Assembly (NCBI GenBank): GCA_022710085.1
Contig: JAKLHP010000001.1
Location: forward strand, 1-31,647
Direction: 5' to 3'
Source of the DNA: Patescibacteria group bacterium
GTDB taxonomy: Bacteria > Patescibacteriota > Minisyncoccia > Moranbacterales > JAKLHP01
DNA: 31,647 nucleotides
Shown here: piece after piece, positions 16,201-22,972 of the stretch
How the letters are laid out: each line of letters starts with the position of its first letter
Numbering within the stretch: position 1 is the stretch's first letter
The notes under the pieces: model-generated
Database searches by the model: none
The model's input: the letters and a program-made list of their open reading frames with translations, nothing else
Told to the model about the DNA's origin: nothing
Position numbers and translations under genes: made by a program

Positions 16201-16759
16201 AAGCAGTCTTGAGAAAAAAATGGTCGGGACGAAAATAAGCTTAGGGGGAGTCATCACTAAAGTCCAGAAAATTTTTCTCAAGAACCAAAAGACGATGGCA
16301 TTCGCAACTATTGAAGATCTTCGGGGAAGGATTGAACTTCTAATTTTCCCAAAAGTTTTAGAAAATTCAGAATCAACTTGGCAGGAAGACAAAGTAATTG
16401 TTGCCAGTGGAAACCTCTCGGATAAAGATGGAAATTTTAAGTTACTAGTAGACAGCGTCAAAGAAATAAACCAGCAAGAATTGGAAAATTTCAAAAGAAT
16501 CGAAGTTACTAGAAATAAAAATGGAAACCAAAATGATAAGAAGAGGGAGAAAATAGCAATTATTCTTCCAGAAAAATCCGACAAGGAAATTTTTAAAAAA
16601 CTTTCGGAATTTTTTGATAAATGTGAAAGCGGAGAAATAAAAATATATATTAAAATAAAAAATAGCAAGCTTGAAACTCCCTACTCCATAAAAAATACTC
16701 CGGATATTGAATCGTCCATAAAAAATATTATTCCCGAGGTAAAAATCGAAACTTTTTAA
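13289..16759 (+). CDS. dnaE: DNA polymerase III alpha subunit
   Basis: PHP domain HLHVHSHYSLLDG, GRGSAAGS, RISMPDIDMDF, KMDFLGLKNL, GYGFNRSHA, C-terminal OB fold. Confidence 0.98.
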   Translation: MKFTHLHVHSHYSLLDGLAKIDELLDRTKELGMDSLALTDHGVLYGAIEFFIKAKERGIKPIIGCEMYVAPGGLQSKNNTAIDKTRNHLILLVRNEVGYKNLMKLISIAHLEGFYYKPRIDRETLKKYSEGLIASSACTEGEIPSSIINGNYDEARKLAQEYENIFGKGNFFLELQDHPQYKKQQLANEGLIKISEETGIPLVATCDIHYVKKEDNTAQDILLCIQTNRKVFEKDRMNLMDFDLSLRTPEEMKKSFGHIPGAIENTQVIAERCNFEIKLGETQLPHYDVPEGFVPETYLRKLVAEGMQKRFGNDVTLVQTERMKYELSVIEKTGFASYFLIVQDFVNWAKSQGIVVGPGRGSAAGSFISYLIGITNIDPIRYNLIFERFLNPERISMPDIDMDFADDRRDDVLDYVRKRFGHDHVAQIITFGTMAARAAIRDTGRALGYPYELCDKISKMIPMFSSIEDAVDQVVEIREVYQKDPAVKKLIDSAKKLEGVARHASMHACGVVITKNPVTDYSPLQRIIGKEEGTVTQYSSSTKSSYVEKIGLLKMDFLGLKNLTIMQNTLKIVHKTRGLDIDINDIPLEDEETFRLLQEARTTGVFQLESTGMKRYLKQLKPTVFEDIIAMVALYRPGPMDWIPNFIAGKHGTRKVNYLHPKLEPTLSNTYGVAVYQEQIMQIARDLAGFTMGEADVLRKAMGKKIPQLIKEQKIKFVDGCVKNGINQKVAEKVFAYIEPFAGYGFNRSHAACYALIGYQTAYLKAHYPAEFMAALLTSDQNDIDRVAIEVFECKEIGIEVLPPNINESFEEFAVVKDESGKELIRFGLNAIKNVGATVAKEIVAERKKSGKYKSIADLLERVAIKDLNKKSLEALIKVGAMKELGERNQLLASLENILNYSKSIQKNKNSNQVSLFGIETLAPGTVQLVESDPATKKERLTWEKELLGLYVSGHPAGEYQNYFDKMAVPISSLEKKMVGTKISLGGVITKVQKIFLKNQKTMAFATIEDLRGRIELLIFPKVLENSESTWQEDKVIVASGNLSDKDGNFKLLVDSVKEINQQELENFKRIEVTRNKNGNQNDKKREKIAIILPEKSDKEIFKKLSEFFDKCESGEIKIYIKIKNSKLETPYSIKNTPDIESSIKNIIPEVKIETF

Positions 16760-16764
16760 TTTCC

Positions 16765-16793
16765 TTGCTATTTATCATTATTTTTTTTATTAT
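16765..16793 (+). promoter_or_regulatory. Promoter of the thrS leader
   Basis: TTGCTA, 17 nt, TATTAT; predicted start ~16800, just before Stem I. Confidence 0.6.
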
Positions 16794-16800
16794 AATAAAT

Positions 16801-16995
16801 GAAGCAGTGACGCAGACTAACCAACTGCTGAGCTTCCGCAAGCTACCGGCGGTATAGGTTGCAGAAAGTGTCCCATCAGTCGCGACTGGCGGGAAAATTG
16901 GGTGGAACCACGGGTTTAAAAAAACAACCCCGTCCCAAGAATCTTTTTCCGAATTTTCGGAATTTCAAAAGATTTTTATGACGGGGTTTTGTTTT
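16801..16995 (+). promoter_or_regulatory. Transcriptional T-box riboswitch (Thr) with ultrashort Stem I
   Basis: T-box AATTGGGTGGAACCACGG (16896-16913); antiterminator GGG-TGGAACC-ACGGG...CCCGTCCC; mutually exclusive terminator AACCCCGTC/GACGGGGTT plus T run; Stem I 16801-16836 with ACC in its apical loop; upstream of thrS. Confidence 0.88.
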
Positions 16996-16997
16996 AG

Positions 16998-17177
16998 CTA
17001 TATACACATCGGACAGATTTGAATTTCCTTTCCGCATTCAGACTTCTTTGCCGGAACAGAAACGTCTATTCCAACATTGTGTGCAGTTATGGAAGTGGCT
17101 AATTCTTCGTGTATTTTTCTTGGTTCGGTTATGATTTCTCCTTCAAATATAATTTCTCTCCCGCTTTGACACTTCAC
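16998..17177 (-). CDS. 59-aa Cys-rich (possible Zn-ribbon) protein antisense within the thrS leader
   Basis: GTG start; MKCQSGREIIFEGEIITEPRKIHEELATSITAHNVGIDVSVPAKKSECGKEIQICPMCI*; purine-rich like the real genes here; GGGGAGG at 17209-17203; start site uncertain. Confidence 0.55.
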   Translation of the reverse strand: MKCQSGREIIFEGEIITEPRKIHEELATSITAHNVGIDVSVPAKKSECGKEIQICPMCI

Positions 17178-17243
17178 GGTTATATTTGTTTTTGCCCTCT
17201 ACCTCCCCATGTTTGATAAACTATAATTAAAATTAAAAATATT

Positions 17244-19049
17244 ATGTCAACAAAAAACAACCTTGAAACAATCCGCCATTCACTCGCTCATGTCCTAGCA
17301 ACAGCCGTTTTGGAAATGTTTCCAGAATCAAAATTCGGAACCGGACCGGCCACGGAAAACGGATTCTTCTATGATTTTGATTTGCCCAGAACTTTAATTC
17401 CGGAAGATCTTCCCATTTTGGAAGAAAAGATGAAAAAAATAATTGAGAAAAATTATCCTATTGAAAAAGCCGAGGCACCAATTGAAAAAGCTCTGGATGA
17501 TTTTGCTAAAGCCCAGCAAGGATACAAGGTCGAGATTATAAATGACCTGAAAAAAGAAGGAAATGAAAGAGTTTCAGTTTACAAAATTGACGGATTCGTG
17601 GATCTTTGTTCTGGACCGCATATTGATTCCACCGGAGAAATCGATCCGGAATCTTTCAAATTGCAAAGAATTTCCGGAGTTTATTGGAAAAGTGATGAAA
17701 AGAACAAACAACTCCAGAGAATCTATGGATTGGCATTTGAAAATAAGAAAGAACTGGATAAATATCTGAAACGGATAGAGGAAGCAGAAAAAAGAGACCA
17801 CAGAAAATTAGGCAAAGAGCTGGAACTGTTCATGATTGACTCTACCGTCGGTCTGGGACTAGTCATGTGGCAGCCAAAAGGAGCATTATTATGGAGAATA
17901 ATGGAGGACTTTTGGTACCAGGAACATTTGAAGAATGAATATGAATTGGTGCGTTCTCCCCATATCGGAAGCAGGAATTTATGGGAAAAATCGGGCCACT
18001 GGGGATTTTACAGTGAAAGTATGTATCCGCCCTTAGAAGTCGGAAGGAGTCTCAATGAACTCAAAGAAACCAAAGATGAAAAAAAAAGTTTCGCAAAAGA
18101 AGAATATCTTTTGAAACCGATGAACTGTCCTTTTCATGTGATACTTTACAAATCAAGAATGAGAAGCTACCGAGATCTTCCTTTGCGCTGGGCAGAATGT
18201 GGAACAGTATATCGATATGAAAAATCAGGAGAACTTTCCGGACTGACTAGGGTACGCGGTTTCACTCAGGATGATGCACACATAATTTGTAGTAAGGAAC
18301 AAGTCAAAGATGAACTAAAAAAAGTGACTGACTTTATCGTCTATATGCTTTCCACTTTCGGATTCAAAGAATATAACGTCTACCTTTCTCTACGCGATCC
18401 AAAAGACAAAGATAAATATGCTGGAAACGATGAGGGTTGGGAATTTACTGAGAAAATCCTGGAAGAAGTAGCTCAAGAGAAAAAATTGAATTATAGAAGA
18501 GAAAAAGGGGAGGCCGCTTTCTACGGACCGAAATTAGACTTCAAGATAAAGGATTGCTTGGGACGAGAATGGCAGTGTTCAACCTTGCAGTTTGACTTCA
18601 ATCTTCCTGAAAGATTTGATCTGACTTTCATAAACAAAGAAGGCAGGAAAGAAAGACCTTATATGCTTCATCGGGCTTTATTTGGATCTTTCGAAAGATT
18701 TATCGGAGTTCTCATCGAACACTTTGCCGGAGCTTTTCCGCTTTGGATATCCCCAATCCAAATTGAAATTATTCCGGTTTCGGAAAAATTCAATGATTAT
18801 GCGAAAAAAATAAATTCGCTTCTTTTGGCTGAAAATATCCGCTCAGAAATAAATGACAAAAATGAATCTTTGGGAAAACGCATCAGCGAATCGGAAAAAC
18901 AAAAAATTCCATACATTTTGGTAGTAGGAGAAAAAGAAGAAAAAGCCGAATCAGTCGCAGTCCGAAGCAGGGATAGCAAAGAGCAAAACGTATTAAAGCT
19001 GAATGAATTCATTGAAAAGATTAAAAAAGAAATAGCTGAAAAAAAATAA
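17244..19049 (+). CDS. thrS: Threonine--tRNA ligase (no N-terminal TGS domain)
   Basis: RHSLAH, DLCSGPH editing motifs; KPMNCP, RVRGFTQDDAH, HRALFGSFERF. Confidence 0.98.
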   Translation: MSTKNNLETIRHSLAHVLATAVLEMFPESKFGTGPATENGFFYDFDLPRTLIPEDLPILEEKMKKIIEKNYPIEKAEAPIEKALDDFAKAQQGYKVEIINDLKKEGNERVSVYKIDGFVDLCSGPHIDSTGEIDPESFKLQRISGVYWKSDEKNKQLQRIYGLAFENKKELDKYLKRIEEAEKRDHRKLGKELELFMIDSTVGLGLVMWQPKGALLWRIMEDFWYQEHLKNEYELVRSPHIGSRNLWEKSGHWGFYSESMYPPLEVGRSLNELKETKDEKKSFAKEEYLLKPMNCPFHVILYKSRMRSYRDLPLRWAECGTVYRYEKSGELSGLTRVRGFTQDDAHIICSKEQVKDELKKVTDFIVYMLSTFGFKEYNVYLSLRDPKDKDKYAGNDEGWEFTEKILEEVAQEKKLNYRREKGEAAFYGPKLDFKIKDCLGREWQCSTLQFDFNLPERFDLTFINKEGRKERPYMLHRALFGSFERFIGVLIEHFAGAFPLWISPIQIEIIPVSEKFNDYAKKINSLLLAENIRSEINDKNESLGKRISESEKQKIPYILVVGEKEEKAESVAVRSRDSKEQNVLKLNEFIEKIKKEIAEKK

Positions 19050-19066
19050 AAGCTTACTTTCCGGAT

Positions 19067-19110
19067 AAAAAAACAAGTGGGGAATTCGATTCGGAATTCT
19101 CCACTTTTTG
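19067..19110. terminator. Bidirectional terminator (thrS / convergent hypothetical gene)
   Basis: AAGTGGGGAATTC...GAATTCTCCACTT with A/T runs on both sides. Confidence 0.85.
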
Positions 19111-19130
19111 CTGTATTTTTATCTTTTTGG

Positions 19131-19436
19131 TTATCTTCTTTTTGTCTTCAAGAAAGAAAGCAGTGCCTCTGAAGTTTCTTCGCTCTGATCGAGTATGCCC
19201 GCTACTTCCTCCTTACTCATGCTTCCGAATACTTCTATCTCTTTCCACTCATGTTCTCTGAGTTTTAAAGTTTTTCCATCAGAACATTTTATTCGGAGCA
19301 TTCTATCATCAAAAAAGTCATATACTCCAAATTCAACCTCAGGGCTTTCAAAAAGAACCATGCACAGGAAAGGATTTTTTTCGTTGCTTTTTGACAAAAT
19401 TTTCTCCATTACCTTTACTCCGTCTTTCCGTTTCAT
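19131..19436 (-). CDS. Hypothetical protein
   Basis: 101-aa ORF, SD-like AAGGGGG upstream; no family recognised. Confidence 0.7.
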   Translation of the reverse strand: MKRKDGVKVMEKILSKSNEKNPFLCMVLFESPEVEFGVYDFFDDRMLRIKCSDGKTLKLREHEWKEIEVFGSMSKEEVAGILDQSEETSEALLSFLKTKRR

Positions 19437-19468
19437 CTTTTCCCCCTTTGCCTTCTCGGCTATTTGAT

Positions 19469-19876
19469 TTATCTTTTTCTTCGAAAATATTCCTTAGTTC
19501 TTGTTTTTCTTATCGCTTTTCTTTCTGACCACATCGGTTTTCGCGACTCAATCAGTTGATGTTTATCTATTATCTCGGACTTCGATAAAACAAGATCATT
19601 TGACTCAAATCTGTCTGATAGATCCAATATTTTTATTTCAAGTTCAATTTTAGATAAATCTTGTTCCGTTATGACAACCTCGCTGAGTAGTCCAATAATA
19701 TTAATTTCTTCTTGCTTTTTTGTATTAACGCTAAGCAATTTCGAAATAAAATCACAATCAATACCAATAATTACTACATCCATAATATGCCTCTCCCCGT
19801 CGATTTGGATTTGATACTTGAAATATTCCGTTGGAACATTTTGATTTTTAGGAACTACGGTAATGAAATATCGCAT
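19469..19876 (-). CDS. Hypothetical protein (likely ATG 19876; ORF track starts at TTG 19888)
   Basis: About 135-aa ORF, GAGGG upstream of ATG; no family recognised. Confidence 0.7.
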   Translation of the reverse strand: MRYFITVVPKNQNVPTEYFKYQIQIDGERHIMDVVIIGIDCDFISKLLSVNTKKQEEINIIGLLSEVVITEQDLSKIELEIKILDLSDRFESNDLVLSKSEIIDKHQLIESRKPMWSERKAIRKTRTKEYFRRKR

Positions 19877-19914
19877 TAAAACCCTCAAATGTCAATATTT
19901 TTAAAACATAAATA

Positions 19915-19952
19915 AAAAAAGCGGCGATTCCATTCGAAATCATCCGCTTCTT
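19915..19952 (-). terminator. Terminator-like hairpin after the 19956 gene
   Basis: Minus strand AAGCGGATGATTTCGAATGGAATCGCCGC-TTTTTT. Confidence 0.65.
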
Positions 19953-19955
19953 TGG

Positions 19956-20267
19956 TTATCGTCTTGATTCAAACTTAACCAAGCCATTAAATACTTTCAT
20001 TGCCTCCTTGCGTTTTGACCCTGCCCGTTTGATATTTCCTGTTATGATAACTATATAGCTGAGGTTGTCATAGTTTATTGCTACAGCAATTTCATGCTGC
20101 GGTTTCAATTCAACAAAGAAAATATTTTTACAAATCTGAGGACCATTTTCATAGCTTCTATAAAGAAACTTCTCGTTGGCCTTCTGCACCTTTTTGATAA
20201 TCTCGATTGCACTTGAAAGATCAACTCCTCTTCTTTCATTAACCACGATATTAACATCCTCTGACAT
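19956..20267 (-). CDS. Hypothetical protein (likely start MSEDV at 20267)
   Basis: GAGGAGG 6 nt upstream of ATG 20267; no family recognised. Confidence 0.7.
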   Translation of the reverse strand: MSEDVNIVVNERRGVDLSSAIEIIKKVQKANEKFLYRSYENGPQICKNIFFVELKPQHEIAVAINYDNLSYIVIITGNIKRAGSKRKEAMKVFNGLVKFESRR

Positions 20268-20453
20268 AATAACCTCCTCTTGATTGGTAATTTTTTCTGA
20301 GATAAAACTCAAACAACAATAGAGATGTGATAAAATTTCAACAAAAAAACGCTGCTGAAAAATACCTGCGATGTTTACAACATCTCCTCCCTCTTGATTT
20401 TGATTGATATTTAAAGTATTCTTTAGAATACTTGATTTTTAGGAACTGCAATA

Positions 20454-21740
20454 ATGAAATATTACATCAAAACATTCGGCTGTCAAATGAATCACTCTGA
20501 TTCCGAACGAATTGCGGGTTTTTTGGAAGCGCAAAAAATTAATCCGGCTAAAGACATAAAATCAGCGGATCTGGTAGTTTTCAATACCTGCGGAGTGCGA
20601 CAAATGGCGGAAGACCGGGTTTATGGACAAATACATAATTTGAGAGTCAAAAGTCAAAAGTCAAAAGTCAAAATTGTCCTAACTGGGTGTTTGGCACATC
20701 GAAAAGACGTGCAAAGAAGGCTTAAAAATAAAGTTGATTTGTTTGCTGACATAAAATATTTCCAGAAAGAAATTAAGAAAATTCTAGATACCAAGAACCA
20801 GACTACAAACAATGAACTTGATTATTTTTCAATCAAACCAAAATACAATAGCAAATATACTGCACTTATTCCCGTCATGACCGGCTGCAACAACTTCTGT
20901 TCCTATTGCGTTGTTCCTTATGCCCGAGGAAAAGAAGTTTCTCGCCCCGAAGAAGATATAATAAAAGAAATAAAAAAATTGATTAAGACGGGTTATAAAG
21001 AAATAATTTTATTGGGCCAAAATGTCAATTCATATCAAGGAGCAAAAGGAAATAATTTTTCCCAGCTTCTTAAAAAAATCAACAATATTCCCGGTAATTT
21101 TTGGATCAGCTTTGTTAGCAACCATCCAAAAGATTTTTCCGATGAGCTCATTAAAACTGCCACAAAATTGAAAAAAGTCTGCGAATATATCCATCTTCCT
21201 ATCCAGGCCGGAAACGATAAAATTCTGGAAAAAATGAACCGAAAATACACGCAAAAGCAATATCTGAAATTGGTAGAAAAAATTAGAAAATCATTCGAAA
21301 AAAATAAACCAAGAAGTTTGTATTCCCTTACCTCCGATATAATCGTCGGATTTCCCGGAGAAACCAGGAAACAATTTGAAGAATCCGCCAAAATAATGAT
21401 GAAAGAAAAATATGATATGGTCTATTTCGGTCAATTTTCTCCTCGCCCGGAAACCGCTGCCTGGAAAATGAAAGGCAACATAAGCAGAGAAGAAAAGTCC
21501 AGAAGAGAACAATTTCTTAATGAAATCCTTAAAAAAACATCTTTTGAAAATAATAAAAAATATTTAAATAAAACTTTGGAAGTTTTTGTTGAAAAAGAAA
21601 AAAGAGGATTTTATTTCGGAAGAACCCGAACGATGAAAAACGTGAAAATAATTTCAAATAAGAAAAATCTGATTGGAAAAATCGTAAAAGCAAACATCAA
21701 TAAAATAAATATATGGAATCTAGAAGCAGAAATAAAATAA
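20454..21740 (+). CDS. miaB: tRNA-2-methylthio-N6-dimethylallyladenosine synthase
   Basis: TFGCQMNHSDSE, NTCGVRQMAE, CNNFCSYCVVPYARG radical-SAM motif, DIIVGFPGET, C-terminal TRAM domain; adjacent to miaA. Confidence 0.93.
   Translation: MKYYIKTFGCQMNHSDSERIAGFLEAQKINPAKDIKSADLVVFNTCGVRQMAEDRVYGQIHNLRVKSQKSKVKIVLTGCLAHRKDVQRRLKNKVDLFADIKYFQKEIKKILDTKNQTTNNELDYFSIKPKYNSKYTALIPVMTGCNNFCSYCVVPYARGKEVSRPEEDIIKEIKKLIKTGYKEIILLGQNVNSYQGAKGNNFSQLLKKINNIPGNFWISFVSNHPKDFSDELIKTATKLKKVCEYIHLPIQAGNDKILEKMNRKYTQKQYLKLVEKIRKSFEKNKPRSLYSLTSDIIVGFPGETRKQFEESAKIMMKEKYDMVYFGQFSPRPETAAWKMKGNISREEKSRREQFLNEILKKTSFENNKKYLNKTLEVFVEKEKRGFYFGRTRTMKNVKIISNKKNLIGKIVKANINKINIWNLEAEIK
20645..20672 (+). repeat. Perfect heptamer tandem repeat inside miaB
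   Basis: AGTCAAA x4, encoding VKSQKSKVK. Confidence 0.9.
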
Positions 21741-22618
21741 TTGTAATACTTGGACCCACTTCCTCCGGAAAATCGGATGTGGCCATTAAACTTGCCCGAA
21801 AATTCAACGGCGAAATCATTTCCGCTGACAGCCGGCAGATATACAAAGGGATGGATCTGGGTACCGGAAAAGTTTCCAAAGCCCAGCAAAGATTAGCCAG
21901 ACACCAAATATTAGACATCATAAGTCCCAATACTGAATACAATGTTTCCAAATTCAAAAAAGATGCAATTTACGCAATTAATTGCGTGCTTCAAAAAGGC
22001 GAACTTCCGATTATTTGCGGAGGAACCGGATTCTGGATAAAATCTATCGTTGACGACATTGATTTTCCAGAAGTAAAACCAGATAAGGATTTAAGAAAAA
22101 AACTTGAAAAAGAAACTGCTGAAAAATTATTTTCCCTACTCAAAAAGTTGGATCCGGAACGAGCAAAAAATATCGATGCTAAAAATAAAATCCGGATTAT
22201 CCGAGCAATAGAAATCTGCAAAACTATTGGAAAAGTTCCGAAAAAAACAACCCCCAATATACAAAATACAAAATATGATTTTTTACAAATCGGGATTGAT
22301 ATACCAAAAGAAAAATTGCACAAAAAAATAAAAACGCGTTTGGAAAAACGCTTCAAGCAAGGAATGCTAAGGGAAATTGAGAAGCTACACAAAAATGGAG
22401 TCAGCTGGAAAAGACTGGAAAGCTTCGGCTTAGAATACCGCTGGATAGCAAGATATCTTCAGGATAATATCTCGAGGAAAGAAATGGAAGAGAATTTGTA
22501 CAATAACACCAAAAATTATGCCAAGCGTCAGATGACCTGGTTTAAAAAAGACAAAAGGATAATTTGGTTAAAAAATTACAAAGAAATCGAAAAAAACGTA
22601 AAGAACTTCATTTCATAA
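21713..22618 (+). CDS. miaA: tRNA dimethylallyltransferase
   Basis: GPTSSGKS, ISADSRQIYKGMDLGTGK, GGTGFW, YAKRQMTWFK. Confidence 0.97.
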   Translation: MESRSRNKIIVILGPTSSGKSDVAIKLARKFNGEIISADSRQIYKGMDLGTGKVSKAQQRLARHQILDIISPNTEYNVSKFKKDAIYAINCVLQKGELPIICGGTGFWIKSIVDDIDFPEVKPDKDLRKKLEKETAEKLFSLLKKLDPERAKNIDAKNKIRIIRAIEICKTIGKVPKKTTPNIQNTKYDFLQIGIDIPKEKLHKKIKTRLEKRFKQGMLREIEKLHKNGVSWKRLESFGLEYRWIARYLQDNISRKEMEENLYNNTKNYAKRQMTWFKKDKRIIWLKNYKEIEKNVKNFIS

Positions 22619-22646
22619 AAAAATCGCCCTACTAGGGCGATTTTTC
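22618..22646. terminator. Bidirectional terminator
   Basis: AAAAATCGCCC-TACTA-GGGCGATTTTT between convergent genes. Confidence 0.85.
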
Positions 22647-22659
22647 ATGTATCCGCAGG

Positions 22660-22953
22660 CTAGTTGTGATATTTCTTGTCCATTATCTCTTCTATTATCT
22701 GAGAAGCAAGTGATTTGGCTTTCCACTTCTCATCTTCTTCCGGATCCAAAGGTACCCTTCCCTCCAAGATTGCTTTTTCCCATGCCGTTTTCAACTCATA
22801 TTCCTTATCTCTTATCATTTTCTTTATATCTTCGGAATATTTTTTAACATATTCTGGTTTTTGATTTTGAACCATTCCAAAAGCCATTTCTTCAATTCTC
22901 TCCATGACTGTTTTTGGTTTTTGAGGCGGTAATTCGTAACTAGGTTTTTCCAT
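22660..22953 (-). CDS. Hypothetical charged helical protein
   Basis: 97-aa ORF directly downstream of gatB; no family recognised. Confidence 0.7.
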   Translation of the reverse strand: MEKPSYELPPQKPKTVMERIEEMAFGMVQNQKPEYVKKYSEDIKKMIRDKEYELKTAWEKAILEGRVPLDPEEDEKWKAKSLASQIIEEIMDKKYHN

Positions 22954-22972
22954 ATTTTTTTATTTTAAGAAA

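Noticed and set aside
17199-17210. Amber read-through (ATG GGG AGG TAG...) extending the Cys-rich ORF
   Set aside because: No pyrrolysine or suppressor evidence in the window, and TAG is a normal stop in other genes (murD, rnhB).
19050-20400. Integron cassette array
   Set aside because: No RYYYAAC...GTTRRRY attC structure and no integrase; the hairpins look like ordinary terminators.
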